A stretch of DNA of 64,000 nt from Methanobacteriota archaeon (GCA_020696385.1 JAEHCQ010000002.1:192001-256000); one strand, 5' to 3'. Positions 1 through 11,043 are shown, counted from the first letter of the stretch. Notes: generated by a model from the letters alone, not told the origin. Numbers and translations are program-made.

Positions 1-64
1 AAACTAATTTCCTTCGCAACATCCAAACCTCTGTCATAATTATTTGATATTGTTTACTTATGGA

Positions 65-502
65 TCACAATGGGCGGTAACTATCCACAGCCCCATCTTT
101 GAATATGATCATGTAATGTCTGTTAGCCTTCTGCGTGTTTTTAATGAGAAATTCAGTCAAATTACTACTTTTTTCACTGCTTTTCACAAGTTCAAGTTCT
201 TCCTGGGTGGCATCAAGATTCTCCGCTATCCAGTTCTTGACCTTTTCGAGATCGGCTTGCCATTGGATCGAGTCAATGACAACCAGTTTCGCACCGTCAT
301 TGATTATCGAATCGGTTATCACTATCTCAGGTTGCATGATATTGGTTCCACATTTAACGCCATACTTCTTTTCCTTGTCCAGTCCCCAGTATCCGACAGC
401 GGTTTCGATTATGCCACTGACCTTCTCGCCTGGCTCTACCTCACACTGTATGCTCGATCTGTCCTCGGACAATGCATTGCTTAAAAGTATGCGAATTCCC
501 AT
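65..502 (-). CDS. Protein with N-terminal ubiquitin-like (beta-grasp) domain and uncharacterised C-terminal domain
   Basis: ORF 65..565, likely start ATG 502 (MGIRILL). Pattern IQCEVEPGEKVSGII...GTNIMQPEIVITDSIINDGAKLVVI parallels ubiquitin; no terminal GG. Confidence 0.55.
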   Translation of the reverse strand: MGIRILLSNALSEDRSSIQCEVEPGEKVSGIIETAVGYWGLDKEKKYGVKCGTNIMQPEIVITDSIINDGAKLVVIDSIQWQADLEKVKNWIAENLDATQEELELVKSSEKSSNLTEFLIKNTQKANRHYMIIFKDGAVDSYRPL

Positions 503-581
503 ATTCTCACTGTTAATCCATATACCCGATACGATTAAAAACTTTCCTATATGCTGCACTTTCACTTATTGATCTTCAATA

Positions 582-1520
582 TCACAATCCATTGAAAATA
601 AGGGTCATGACATTACCAATGACGAAGCTGAATATGAACCCTAGGAGCATGGGAACGATGAAGGGTAATTTGGGGGTCACCCACACTTTTTCCAGCCCCC
701 TTTCCTTTAACTTTTCAAGTTCTTGTTTGATATTCACATTGCGTTTGGGGAATAGTACCATCACAAGTTCCCCATCCTTGACGAATTCCATCGGCCACAC
801 GAAATTCTTCGATATATCATCAATATCCATCGTGTACCCCAGTAACATCTCGGGAAACCCATAGTCCTTTCGCATGATATTCCTGAGGAACATGAACAAA
901 GGCAATACGAAAGCAGTGATAAGAGCGGCATTCATCAATACCAGGAAAGCAAAGGGGAACATGACGGACATTGCCTCAGTCATATGATCCGGGTACTGGA
1001 TCGCAGGTAGAACATCACCGATAACTGGAAGGAAGGGTACGAGAACGGCGATGGCCATGAAAGCCTTCGCGTCAGCTCCACCATGAAGAAGACCTGTGTA
1101 GAAGAATATGTATCCGATAATGATCATAACTGGTATGGACAGTAATTGGATCGTCTCAATGTTCAATCCATTATCGTATATGACATAGAGAGCGGATAAG
1201 CCTCCTATGATGAAGGCGAACAATGCGGTGAAGTTCACTCCTTCATCCCCCACCAATGGCTCACGGTCCCAGAAAACATCGTAGAACATTATGGTTGCTG
1301 GTATCAAAGCCAGCAAATGTCCCATATTATAGCCAGGGAAGTCACTTGAACCTATATTTGCATAGAATAAGATCTCGAAAGCCAGCAATATGAGGCCGAT
1401 CGTCCCCATTATTATCCAATATTTATTGTCCACTGTTCTTGTTTTCAGGTCACTCAAGGAAGCGAGGCCCATAATGGCCACGCCCACTATTATCCTGGCA
1501 ATGGAGAACCAATCACTCAT
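582..1520 (-). CDS. A24 family prepilin/preflagellin peptidase (FlaK/PibD-like)
   Basis: Multi-TM; SDLKTRTV and GGADAK aspartate motifs; C-terminal VWVTPKLPFIVP. Confidence 0.9.
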   Translation of the reverse strand: MSDWFSIARIIVGVAIMGLASLSDLKTRTVDNKYWIIMGTIGLILLAFEILFYANIGSSDFPGYNMGHLLALIPATIMFYDVFWDREPLVGDEGVNFTALFAFIIGGLSALYVIYDNGLNIETIQLLSIPVMIIIGYIFFYTGLLHGGADAKAFMAIAVLVPFLPVIGDVLPAIQYPDHMTEAMSVMFPFAFLVLMNAALITAFVLPLFMFLRNIMRKDYGFPEMLLGYTMDIDDISKNFVWPMEFVKDGELVMVLFPKRNVNIKQELEKLKERGLEKVWVTPKLPFIVPMLLGFIFSFVIGNVMTLIFNGL

Positions 1521-1704
1521 CTTGTTTGGATTGTCTCGCCCATATATATAAATGTCGAATTTCTTGCTGAATGATCTTTGTCACTGAATATTTGCAAATG
1601 ATGATATCATCCATAGAATTCTGAGCATCATATGCAAAATACTAATAGTAAATCCAATCATGAACAATATTTAAATAACACCAAATCGATTACTTTATAT
1701 TAAC

Positions 1705-4653
1705 ATGGTTAACATTGAAATTGGGCAAAAGCAGGGTGCCTCGTGGGCTTTTCTGGTCATTGTGATAATGATGTCCAGCTTGCTATTTCCTCCTATGACC
1801 ATCGGAACAGGAGATTTAGTAATTGATTCTATTATTCCAATAAATTCACCAATCGATAATTCCCCTGCTGTTGACATGACAACTGAGATAGAGAATATTC
1901 TCAATAATATAACAGAGGATCTCGTGCAGAGCCGTATACAGGAATTGCAGGACTTTGGAACACGATATTCTTATGCTTTGGAAAAAAATTATGCTGCTGG
2001 TGAATACATCTACGAATCCTTTTTATCAAATGGCCTGGAAACAGAATATGATACATTTGTTTATAATGGACATCCGGCTAGAAATGTGGTCGCTGAGCTT
2101 CCTGGAAAAACGGCTTCGGATCAGATATTCATAATCTGCGGCCATTATGATTCCACTTCAGGCATACCTTATAAACTGGCTCCTGGCGCGGATGATAATG
2201 GAAGCGGCACCGCGGGAGTCATGGTCGCTGCCGAGGTATTATCGGATTACGAGTTCAACCACACTATAAGGTTTATAGCTTTCTCTGTGGAAGAACAGGG
2301 GATGAAAGGCAGTGTGGATTATGTGAATAACGCGCTGATATCTGGAGATAATATCAGCGGTGTTATCAATCTCGATATGATAGCTTTCAACCCAGATACT
2401 GGAACTAATTTTGTAAATATCTGTCCAGATTTCGATGATGCTGGTGTTTCCACAGATCTGATAAATTTCGCAAACCAGACCGCTCAAAAATACGAGCATA
2501 TTTCCAATATACGAACATTTGACAAGCCTTATGGAAGCAGTGATCACGCTCCTTTTGCCCCATCTTTTCCCGCCTTCATGTTCATCGAGAAAGAGTGGCA
2601 ATCCAATCCGAATTATCATCAACCCACAGACACATTGGCAGCATTGAACATGACCTATTGTGCCAATGTCACTCAGGTGGCTGTCGCCATCATGGCTGAA
2701 CTTGCAGAAATGCGAAGTTCAGATAATTCATCTCCCTCCATGCGCGATATATTCCCGGATGATGGAGGATACGGCAGTGAGAACACTACGATCTCATTGG
2801 AAATTTTAGATCCATCTCTTATTGACCCAACCAGTGTCAAGCTCTTCGTGAATGGCACAGAAATATCTCCATTATTGACGCCCATTCCATTGGGATTCAA
2901 TGTCTCTTTCACCAATCCAGTTGACTTCCACGATCTGGATATCATCACGATCAATATAATCGCCAATGATACAGCCGGTAATATATTGAACCACAATTGG
3001 ACCTTCGGTATTGATGGAGTGTGTCCATCAATACCGACAGATATCAATATAGATCTCGTAAGGATAGAGATGGATAAACAAGGCCTGGTTCTGGATAGAG
3101 GGGCTTCAGGAGAATATGATGACACGCATGTTATCGGCCCAAGTGTGATATTCCAGGATGATGAATACAAGATGTGGTATGCGGGCCATGATGGTTCAAG
3201 ATATAGGATATTGTATGCGAATTCATCGGATGCGATCAATTGGGTGAAGTATGGGCTTGTCCTTTCCATTGGATCAGCTGGCGACCCTGATGATTATCAT
3301 GCCACATATCCTTCGGTGATCTTCCAGGATAATGAATACAAGATGTGGTACTCGGGCTATGATGGAGCGATCTGGCGAATACTGTATGCGAATTCCACAG
3401 ATGGGATAACATGGGTCAAGCACGGGATATCTCTCGATCTTGGATCAATTGGTGATGATGATTATATGGCTGTCTCTGGTTGCTCCGTGATGTATGATAA
3501 TAATGAGTACAAGATGTGGTATTCCGGATTGGGGGATGTCAGAACCATACTGTATGCGAATTCCACAGATGGGATAACATGGGTCAAGTATGGTAGCCCA
3601 GTATTGAGGAATAGCATTGACGGAGAATACGATACCATGATCGTTATCTCACCATCAGTAGTAAGGACACTGGATGGGTATAGGATGTGGTATACCGGAT
3701 GCTCGAATGATGTCGTGTACAGAAATCTATATGCGAATTCCACAGATGGTGTTAATTGGATAAAACAGGGTTTGGCCATCGATATAGGTGCGGGTGGAGA
3801 TGCCGATAGTAGATATGCATATAAATCAACAGCTCTGATCAAGGACGATGTTCTTCATATTTGGTATACTGGCTATGATGGATCTTACTGGAGAATATTA
3901 TATTCCAAGCTAACTGGTAACGAGCCGATGACAGACATCTCGATCAGCTGGCCAGTATCCAGCTCTAACGATGTGCAATATTATGATCTCATAAAGGCCA
4001 ATACACCTGCAGAATTGGGAAGTGCGGGGAGTTTCATGAAGCTCAGATCCAATGCTTATGTAGATACGGGGATTGGCGAGGGAAATTCATCAAATTATTA
4101 TTACACATTGAAAGTAGTGGATAAAGTTGGGCATGTGAGCCAGCATAGTATCATGGTCGGAAAGATAGGGGTTGAGACCATGTTTGGATGGAATCTTTTA
4201 TCATCCCCATTTTTTGAAGGAGATGTCCCTGTGGAAGATGCCCTGAGCTCCATTAACTGGTTTTCCCTCCAGTATTATGATGCGATGGACGTGGATGATC
4301 ATTGGAAATCGAATTACCTTCCATGGCCCGATGCATTTGATGAAATCGATACAGTGAATGATACGATGGCGATCTGGGCATATATCAATGCCGGCTTCTT
4401 TGTCACAGTCGGGGAGGTATCGAATATCACGATAGAAATGCATGCTGGCTGGAATTTCGTATCGTATCCATTCCATGAAGAACGGCAAGTGCAGGATGCC
4501 CTTTTTGGCTTACCCTATGATATGGTAGAAGGCTATAATTCCGCAATGGCCTACAATTTAGAGGTATTAACCGATACCAGCATGATGGTGCCTGGTCAGG
4601 GTTATTGGGTGCATTGTACATCAGCCTCGACCTGGCAGGCCATCAATACCTGA
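1705..4653 (+). CDS. Secreted M28 metallopeptidase with beta-propeller repeats
   Basis: Signal-like N-terminus; GHYDS, GADDNGSG, EEQG, NLDM, YHQPTD motifs; five xxxWYxG...xLY blades; two GWN(L/F)xSxP C-terminal repeats. Confidence 0.85.
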   Translation: MVNIEIGQKQGASWAFLVIVIMMSSLLFPPMTIGTGDLVIDSIIPINSPIDNSPAVDMTTEIENILNNITEDLVQSRIQELQDFGTRYSYALEKNYAAGEYIYESFLSNGLETEYDTFVYNGHPARNVVAELPGKTASDQIFIICGHYDSTSGIPYKLAPGADDNGSGTAGVMVAAEVLSDYEFNHTIRFIAFSVEEQGMKGSVDYVNNALISGDNISGVINLDMIAFNPDTGTNFVNICPDFDDAGVSTDLINFANQTAQKYEHISNIRTFDKPYGSSDHAPFAPSFPAFMFIEKEWQSNPNYHQPTDTLAALNMTYCANVTQVAVAIMAELAEMRSSDNSSPSMRDIFPDDGGYGSENTTISLEILDPSLIDPTSVKLFVNGTEISPLLTPIPLGFNVSFTNPVDFHDLDIITINIIANDTAGNILNHNWTFGIDGVCPSIPTDINIDLVRIEMDKQGLVLDRGASGEYDDTHVIGPSVIFQDDEYKMWYAGHDGSRYRILYANSSDAINWVKYGLVLSIGSAGDPDDYHATYPSVIFQDNEYKMWYSGYDGAIWRILYANSTDGITWVKHGISLDLGSIGDDDYMAVSGCSVMYDNNEYKMWYSGLGDVRTILYANSTDGITWVKYGSPVLRNSIDGEYDTMIVISPSVVRTLDGYRMWYTGCSNDVVYRNLYANSTDGVNWIKQGLAIDIGAGGDADSRYAYKSTALIKDDVLHIWYTGYDGSYWRILYSKLTGNEPMTDISISWPVSSSNDVQYYDLIKANTPAELGSAGSFMKLRSNAYVDTGIGEGNSSNYYYTLKVVDKVGHVSQHSIMVGKIGVETMFGWNLLSSPFFEGDVPVEDALSSINWFSLQYYDAMDVDDHWKSNYLPWPDAFDEIDTVNDTMAIWAYINAGFFVTVGEVSNITIEMHAGWNFVSYPFHEERQVQDALFGLPYDMVEGYNSAMAYNLEVLTDTSMMVPGQGYWVHCTSASTWQAINT

Positions 4654-4758
4654 GCGGCTTTGTTCCTCTTTAGACCAAAATAGTATTGTCTTTTCTTCTC
4701 AATTTCATTTGGGTCGGTAATTGTTAAATCCCAGCATGGCTTATGCTTCCAAGAGTGA

Positions 4759-5832
4759 GTGAATATGTCAAAAATAAGAGATAATGCTGAGGAGATCTTC
4801 AAGAGCATGCTGCTGGCAGAGTCAGAGCCAGATATGCCAAAGAACAGGATATTGAATGTAGTATTTCCCCTTCTGGACGATCTCGGTATGGATGTGACAT
4901 CTCATGACAATGATGGGAATCCATGCATCTACGCATCTACCGTGAATTCCCGGGTATTGCTTAGTGGTCATCTGGATACTGTGAAAATGGGAGCCGGCTG
5001 GCACCATTCTCAGGCAGAAGAGATCGATGGAAAGATATACGGAAGGGGATCGCTGGACATGAAAGGACCATGCGTATCGATGTTAATAGCGGCCGAGCAG
5101 TTGATATCGGAAGGAATAGGAGTGACATTGGCCTTCACGACAGATGAAGAGGTGGGAATGGCCGGAGCCAAGATCATGGCGTCCCAGCATCCGGAAATAT
5201 CAGATATTCCCCTTATCATCATCTGCGAACCCACTGACCTCAAATTAATGGTGGAAGAGAAGGGACTTGTACAATTCAAGATCATCGCGCATGGAAAGAA
5301 CGCTCATGGAAGCATGCCGGAAGAGGGACGCAATGCGATCACCGATCTCACATCCGCGGTGAATGAACTTATGAACTCCGGCATATTTGGAAAGTCCGGT
5401 AAAGACCCAGTAACTGCGAATCTTGGTATATTCCAGGGCGGGACCCTGATAAACATGATACCGGACAGAGCGGAAGCTGAATTCGATGTACGATATAGTC
5501 CCGATCACACTGGGCAGGATATACTGGATGTTGTAAAGGAAATACTTGACAGCACTGGCATTGATTATGAAATTGAGATCACAAGAGAGATTAGAGCCGC
5601 GAAGTCCGAACTGGACCCAAAATACCAGGGATCTCTGGAAGACATATTTGGACCTGGAGAATCGGTGCCATATGCCACGGAGATGGCAGTTTTCTGTGAG
5701 TTAAATCCTCGCGTTTTCATCATGGGAGCTGGAGAGACCACCAGGGCGCATAAGCCAGATGAATTCATGAGCATGGACGAGATAATGGAAGGGGCGGAAG
5801 CCATCATCAAGTGTGCGAGACTTATCAAATGA
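4759..5832 (+). CDS. M20/M25/M40 metallohydrolase (ArgE/DapE-like)
   Basis: GHLDTV, GRGSLDMKG, DEEVG, EPT, AHKPDE motifs. Confidence 0.9.
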   Translation: MNMSKIRDNAEEIFKSMLLAESEPDMPKNRILNVVFPLLDDLGMDVTSHDNDGNPCIYASTVNSRVLLSGHLDTVKMGAGWHHSQAEEIDGKIYGRGSLDMKGPCVSMLIAAEQLISEGIGVTLAFTTDEEVGMAGAKIMASQHPEISDIPLIIICEPTDLKLMVEEKGLVQFKIIAHGKNAHGSMPEEGRNAITDLTSAVNELMNSGIFGKSGKDPVTANLGIFQGGTLINMIPDRAEAEFDVRYSPDHTGQDILDVVKEILDSTGIDYEIEITREIRAAKSELDPKYQGSLEDIFGPGESVPYATEMAVFCELNPRVFIMGAGETTRAHKPDEFMSMDEIMEGAEAIIKCARLIK

Positions 5833-5850
5833 AAATATATTGATTTCTGA

Positions 5851-6054
5851 GATGATTGGATTAGCTATGTTCAATCAATATTTGCTAATCTACATCCGTA
5901 GCTGATTAGATTGGTTGTATTCAATCATTATTTGCTAATCTACATCCGTAGCTGATTAGATTGGCCGTGTTTAATCAATATTCGACAATCTACATCCGTA
6001 GCTGATTAGATTGGCCGTTTTTAATCAATATTCGCCAATTTACATCCAGAGCTG
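5851..6054. repeat. 50-bp tandem repeat, about 4 copies; last copy is the 3' end of ORF 6021..6665
   Basis: Units start at 5871, 5921, 5971, 6021 (tyaatcawtattygmyaatytacatcc...), partial unit at 5851. Confidence 0.9.
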
Positions 6055-6665
6055 GCGAGGATCTCCGTCACCTCATCAGCTCTTTCATAATCCACCACTA
6101 ACATCACACGTTCGAACTTTTTGGATAGTTCATTGACCTCTCTGGAGATCTTATTAACCCTGGCCTGTTCGATGCTTTTCATTCCTTTGGTCCCATTCAT
6201 GAAGGCATCCCATTCCAATGCAAATTCCTCCGGGGTCTGACTTGTAAATTTCTTTCTAGCCAGTGATCTTTGTTTGGAAGGCTGTTTCAACCATTCGACA
6301 CCCGTGACATGGTGGCAATATAGATCTGTGAATTCGACATCATCCAGATCAACAGGTATTATTGATATGGCCTTCTCCACGCTCAACTCCCAGGCCCTCA
6401 CAAAGCTGGGAGGTGGTTTGCTGACATCGCCAAAGCGTTCCAGGGATTTGACATAATATTCTTCCTCGATATTATCAGGGGCGACATCCTCAGTGACATC
6501 ATCTGAGCCAAGGTGCTTGATCATCGCCTCCAGGCCTTCTTTGGAAACAGATATGGCTATGACATCAGGATCGAACCTGGTAAAGTGATCCTGAATTTTT
6601 TGAGATTCTGATACCAGGCCTTTTACGGTTCCAGTTATCAGTATCTTTCCCTTCTCCTTCTTCAT
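6021..6665 (-). CDS. Hypothetical protein (possibly TraB-like fold)
   Basis: 214-aa ORF directly downstream of HTH regulator; GTVKGLVSE, PDVIAISVS. Confidence 0.7.
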   Translation of the reverse strand: MKKEKGKILITGTVKGLVSESQKIQDHFTRFDPDVIAISVSKEGLEAMIKHLGSDDVTEDVAPDNIEEEYYVKSLERFGDVSKPPPSFVRAWELSVEKAISIIPVDLDDVEFTDLYCHHVTGVEWLKQPSKQRSLARKKFTSQTPEEFALEWDAFMNGTKGMKSIEQARVNKISREVNELSKKFERVMLVVDYERADEVTEILASSGCKLANID

Positions 6666-6669
6666 ATGA

Positions 6670-7620
6670 TCATCCTCTTTCCTTTATGAGCTCCAATATC
6701 TTCTTCTTGTCATAAATCTTTCCAAGCTCTATATTGGATATCAGGGGCGTGCCTTCCAGGTTTGTCTTCGTTCCCCTGTTCTCGACAAAGAAGACCGCAT
6801 GCCGATCCAGTAATTTCGAGATATTGGCCATGGCCATCGCTCTTCTTTTGATATTCCTGTCTATCCTCCCTATGCCGGTGAACAATAGATTTTCCCTATC
6901 AGAGGTAAGGGCATCGAAGGGACATCTATTGGTTGGCTCGACCATATACCCCATTTCATTCAGCTGCTCGAAGATATTCGTCACCATCTCATCATCATCG
7001 ATATCCCCGCATAATTCCATATTCTCACTTTTCATCCTCACAGTCAATGGATCTATGGGGATTATGAGGTCAATCCCAAAAGCATTCTCCAGGCGTATGG
7101 CCGCGGTCAATTTCGCACCCATTCCCTCTTCATACATCTGTATCGTCCTTCTGGAGACACCGGCTGTTTCAGCCAGTTCACCTAAAGAGATGCCCTGCTG
7201 TCTCAATTTCCCCATTCCCTCTGTGTCCAGTCTTACATAGAAGCCTCCTGGAGCGGAATAAACAAGAGGCGGTACTTCCTCAATGAAAAGATCATGCAAT
7301 GAGTTAACGGACATCAGAGATATACCGTACCTGGAATAGACAACGCCATCCTCTATATTACCGGATGATTTGCCCACACCGATCATTAATGGAACACCCT
7401 CGACAGCACGAGCCAGTGCGACCATTCCGTTTATTGAATCGGCTTTCACGGACTCTCTGCTGGAGATCGCTTTGATGACCAGTATGAGGTCACCTCTTCT
7501 TGCGACTATGTCGAATCCAGAATGTACGAGGAAAGAAGGATCCGAGGTGGAGAAATCGGCTTTCTCCAGTATGCTGATGACCATCTTGACAAGGTCGTCC
7601 CTTTTCATCGAGATTTCCAT
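6670..7620 (-). CDS. Archaeal HTH transcriptional regulator (COG1395-like)
   Basis: FDIVARR, PPLVYSAPGGFYVRLD, HTH SLGELAETAGVSRRTIQMYEEG, CPFDAL. Confidence 0.9.
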   Translation of the reverse strand: MEISMKRDDLVKMVISILEKADFSTSDPSFLVHSGFDIVARRGDLILVIKAISSRESVKADSINGMVALARAVEGVPLMIGVGKSSGNIEDGVVYSRYGISLMSVNSLHDLFIEEVPPLVYSAPGGFYVRLDTEGMGKLRQQGISLGELAETAGVSRRTIQMYEEGMGAKLTAAIRLENAFGIDLIIPIDPLTVRMKSENMELCGDIDDDEMVTNIFEQLNEMGYMVEPTNRCPFDALTSDRENLLFTGIGRIDRNIKRRAMAMANISKLLDRHAVFFVENRGTKTNLEGTPLISNIELGKIYDKKKILELIKERG

Positions 7621-7753
7621 AGCCTCCTCCCTTTATAAATTTTCTTCTACTGAATCATCAGGCATTGATATCGCTTTATTGAACTAAGTCTATGTCATTA
7701 CTTTAGAGATGATCCAATACCATAATTATTTGGTTGGTATGGTGTACAAGTAG

Positions 7754-10700
7754 GTGTTTTGCGCCATATCTATTTATATAATTTACAAATATTTGAATAA
7801 TATGTCATATTCTGAAGGATCCAGAAAATCTTTGGTAGTTTGCATAACATTCATATTCATGGCCATGCCTTTTTTGGCCATGTCAACCCCGATTGTTGCG
7901 GAAAATCAGATAGATAATGAGATATCGCCAATGCTCGATGATATGGATAATTCAATATCAAGTGTAAATAGAACCAATGTGATAGAAGATATTCTATTCC
8001 AAGTGGATGAGGAACTTCTGGGGAATCACATAGAGGAATTACAGAACTTCGGGACCAGGTATTGCTATGCGGTGGATGAGTGTTATGCGGCGGCCGATTA
8101 CATTTATTCGGTCTTCGAAAGAAATGGCCTCCAGGTGAGCTTTGATGATTTCGTAGCTGGCGGACATCCAATGCGGAATGTTGTTGCTGAGCTTCCTGGC
8201 AAGACCGCATCAGATCAGGTCTTCATTATATCTGCCCATTATGATTCTTACACCAGCGATCCATATGATTTCGCTCCCGGTGCTGATGATAACGGGAGCG
8301 GGACAGCGGGGGTGATGGCCGCCGCTGAACTCCTTTCAGATTATGAGTTCAATTACACCATACGCTTCATCGCTTTCTCGGGGGAGGAAGAGGGGCTCTA
8401 TGGAAGTTATCACTATAATGACATGATGCTTCAGAACGGGGAGAATATCTGTGGCGTGGTGAACCTGGATATGATCGCCTATAATCCAGATCCTGGATCG
8501 CTCTTCGTGGAGATGGACACAGCAGGTTCCAATGAGATATCTGAACCTCTGGCTGACTTCACAGAGGGCATTGCGGAGAAATACGAGCATATATCCAAGC
8601 TCGATATATGGAAGACCAGAGGGGTTGATGGTAGCGATCATGTAGCTTTCTGGGATGATTTTCCCGCCTTCATGTTAATTGAAAGGATATTCAATTCTCC
8701 CAATTATCACCAGGCCTCGGACACTATAGACAAACTGAACCTCACTTATTGCTCGAATGTGACCCAGATCGCCATAGCGACATTGGCAGAACTGGCAGAA
8801 TTGGATGCCACCGATTCTTCCCCTCCAGATCATTTTGATGAATATCCAGTAGATGGAGGTTATGGTCCCGGAGACGCAGAGATATCCATTGATATCATAG
8901 ATTCATCACAGATCAATTATTCCAGCATCGAACTTCATGTACTGGGCTCGCCAGTAGTCTCCAGTTTGACACCCACTCCAACTGGTTTTACTGTTTCCTA
9001 TTTGTATATTCCAGGCTATGCTGATGAAGATGTCGTGGAATGCAATATCACGGCTGCCGACATACATGGTAATACGATGTATTTCAACTGGTCCTTCACA
9101 ATCGACGCGATACCACCAGCTCCCCCGACGAACTTCGAGATAGATATTGACAGAATAGAGGCGGTGAAGTACGCCTGTGTTCTTGCCAGAGGACCCTCAG
9201 TATATGATGCTAATGGCACATCGTCCCCATCCATCATCTTCCATGACAATGAGTACAAAATGTGGTATGCTGGCCGAGATACAGGATTACAGATTATCTA
9301 TGCGAACTCCACGAATGGTATTTCATGGAACAAACATGGGATAGTATTGCCCCATGGTGGTACAGGCACTCCGGACTATGCCGGAGCCCACTCACCATCT
9401 GTTCTATATGAGGGTGGCGAATACAAAATGTGGTACACTGGGGACAATGGCACCGCATCGAGAATACTTTATGCAAATTCTACAGATGGCATCAGCTGGA
9501 TGAAGCAAGGTGTTGCTCTGGATCTTGGCACTATTGGCGAATATGATGATGCTCAATCACTATCACCATCTGTTCTTTATGAAAGCGGTGGATACAAGAT
9601 GTGGTATACTGGCATTCATGATTCGATTCATCGCATATTGTATGCGAATTCCACAGATGGCATAACTTGGACCAAATACGGTATGGTACTGGAAGCCTCA
9701 CAATATGCTGAGTTCGACACACAAGAGGTCAAGAGTCCCTGTGTGGTCATGACCCAGGATGGCTATGAGATGTATTACTCTGGCTCTAAATACGATACCT
9801 TCAGGGTTCTACTCGCGAACTCCTCGGATGGCATCAACTGGAACAGACAAGGCATGGTTATTGACAATGGAGACCCTCAAGAATATGATGGTATTCAAGC
9901 CAGTGATTGCACCGCGCTTTACCATGATGGCGAGCTCAAAATATGGTATTCGGGATTTGATGGTCAATACTGGAACATCCTGTATTCCTATCTTTCAGAT
10001 AATGAACCAGATACGGATATCTCATTGAACTGGTCGCCATCTCCATCTGAAGATATAGCTTATTATGAACTGGCCAGATCTTACAGTCCATTCTCCGATA
10101 GATGCGGGAAAGGAGTTCTGACAAATGTCACAATAGGAGATTACTTACAAGGTGGCCAGAACTCATTCGATCTGGGATATAGCAACATAATTTACTGTGA
10201 TCTATGGATCGACGATTATTTGGGAGTCACCGAGCCCTATGATTGGTGGCATCTGGATGAGGTCGGAACAGGGGGCTTTGATGATTATGTTCTCGATTAT
10301 ACATCTGGCCATGTGACCATGACCTGGTCCTGGATGGACTGGGGCTCGGAATCATATATCCATGCTTGGATTTACTATATTGGTGACAATGTTATGAAGA
10401 CCACTGGCACATCCTTGGTTGATATAGGAGTCGGTGATGAGAACACCGACAATTACTACTACACATTGACAGCAGTCGATAAAGCTGGCAATAGGGCCGA
10501 ATGTGTATACAAAGCAGGCAAAGTGGGCACAGAAACATCCACTGGCTGGAATCTGATTTCATCTCCTTTTGTCGAAGGAGATGTCCCGATCCAGGATGCT
10601 CTCGGATCTGTGGAGTGGACCGAGATATTGTCCTATAACTCATCCAATCATGCAGACCACTGGAGAATGAACTCAACTTCCATGCCTGACATCCTGAATG

Positions 10701-11014
10701 ACCTGGATACCATAGTAGATGGTGCAGCATATTGGGTCAATGTTCCACCTGCCGAGGTTTATGTTTCAACAGGCATTGTGGCCAATACCACTATCCAATT
10801 GGATGCAGGCTGGAACCTGATATCATATCCATATCATGAAAGCTATCAGGTAATGAATGCGCTTGCTGGCCTTCCCTATGACAGGGTGGAGGGTTTTGAT
10901 ACTGTCGGGGCTTATGGATTGACACCGATGTCAGATACGGATATAATGGAACCAGGTTGTGGATACTGGGTGCATCTGAACTCCGCGGCCACGTGGAATG
11001 TTGTTAATGCGTGA
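7754..11014 (+). CDS. Secreted M28 metallopeptidase with beta-propeller repeats (paralog of 1705..4653)
   Basis: Same motif order (AHYDS, GADDNGSG, EEEG, YHQASD, five blades, GWNLIS repeats); true start may be ATG 7802. Confidence 0.85.
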   Translation: MFCAISIYIIYKYLNNMSYSEGSRKSLVVCITFIFMAMPFLAMSTPIVAENQIDNEISPMLDDMDNSISSVNRTNVIEDILFQVDEELLGNHIEELQNFGTRYCYAVDECYAAADYIYSVFERNGLQVSFDDFVAGGHPMRNVVAELPGKTASDQVFIISAHYDSYTSDPYDFAPGADDNGSGTAGVMAAAELLSDYEFNYTIRFIAFSGEEEGLYGSYHYNDMMLQNGENICGVVNLDMIAYNPDPGSLFVEMDTAGSNEISEPLADFTEGIAEKYEHISKLDIWKTRGVDGSDHVAFWDDFPAFMLIERIFNSPNYHQASDTIDKLNLTYCSNVTQIAIATLAELAELDATDSSPPDHFDEYPVDGGYGPGDAEISIDIIDSSQINYSSIELHVLGSPVVSSLTPTPTGFTVSYLYIPGYADEDVVECNITAADIHGNTMYFNWSFTIDAIPPAPPTNFEIDIDRIEAVKYACVLARGPSVYDANGTSSPSIIFHDNEYKMWYAGRDTGLQIIYANSTNGISWNKHGIVLPHGGTGTPDYAGAHSPSVLYEGGEYKMWYTGDNGTASRILYANSTDGISWMKQGVALDLGTIGEYDDAQSLSPSVLYESGGYKMWYTGIHDSIHRILYANSTDGITWTKYGMVLEASQYAEFDTQEVKSPCVVMTQDGYEMYYSGSKYDTFRVLLANSSDGINWNRQGMVIDNGDPQEYDGIQASDCTALYHDGELKIWYSGFDGQYWNILYSYLSDNEPDTDISLNWSPSPSEDIAYYELARSYSPFSDRCGKGVLTNVTIGDYLQGGQNSFDLGYSNIIYCDLWIDDYLGVTEPYDWWHLDEVGTGGFDDYVLDYTSGHVTMTWSWMDWGSESYIHAWIYYIGDNVMKTTGTSLVDIGVGDENTDNYYYTLTAVDKAGNRAECVYKAGKVGTETSTGWNLISSPFVEGDVPIQDALGSVEWTEILSYNSSNHADHWRMNSTSMPDILNDLDTIVDGAAYWVNVPPAEVYVSTGIVANTTIQLDAGWNLISYPYHESYQVMNALAGLPYDRVEGFDTVGAYGLTPMSDTDIMEPGCGYWVHLNSAATWNVVNA

Positions 11015-11043
11015 AGGCCTGATATTCACGCATTAACAACATT
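10997..11043 (+). terminator. 19-bp perfect inverted repeat spanning the stop codon
   Basis: aatgttgttaatgcgtgaa - 9 nt - ttcacgcattaacaacatt. Confidence 0.6.

Noticed and set aside
5851-6054. Possible CRISPR array
   Set aside because: Contiguous 50-bp units with no unique spacers; no cas genes
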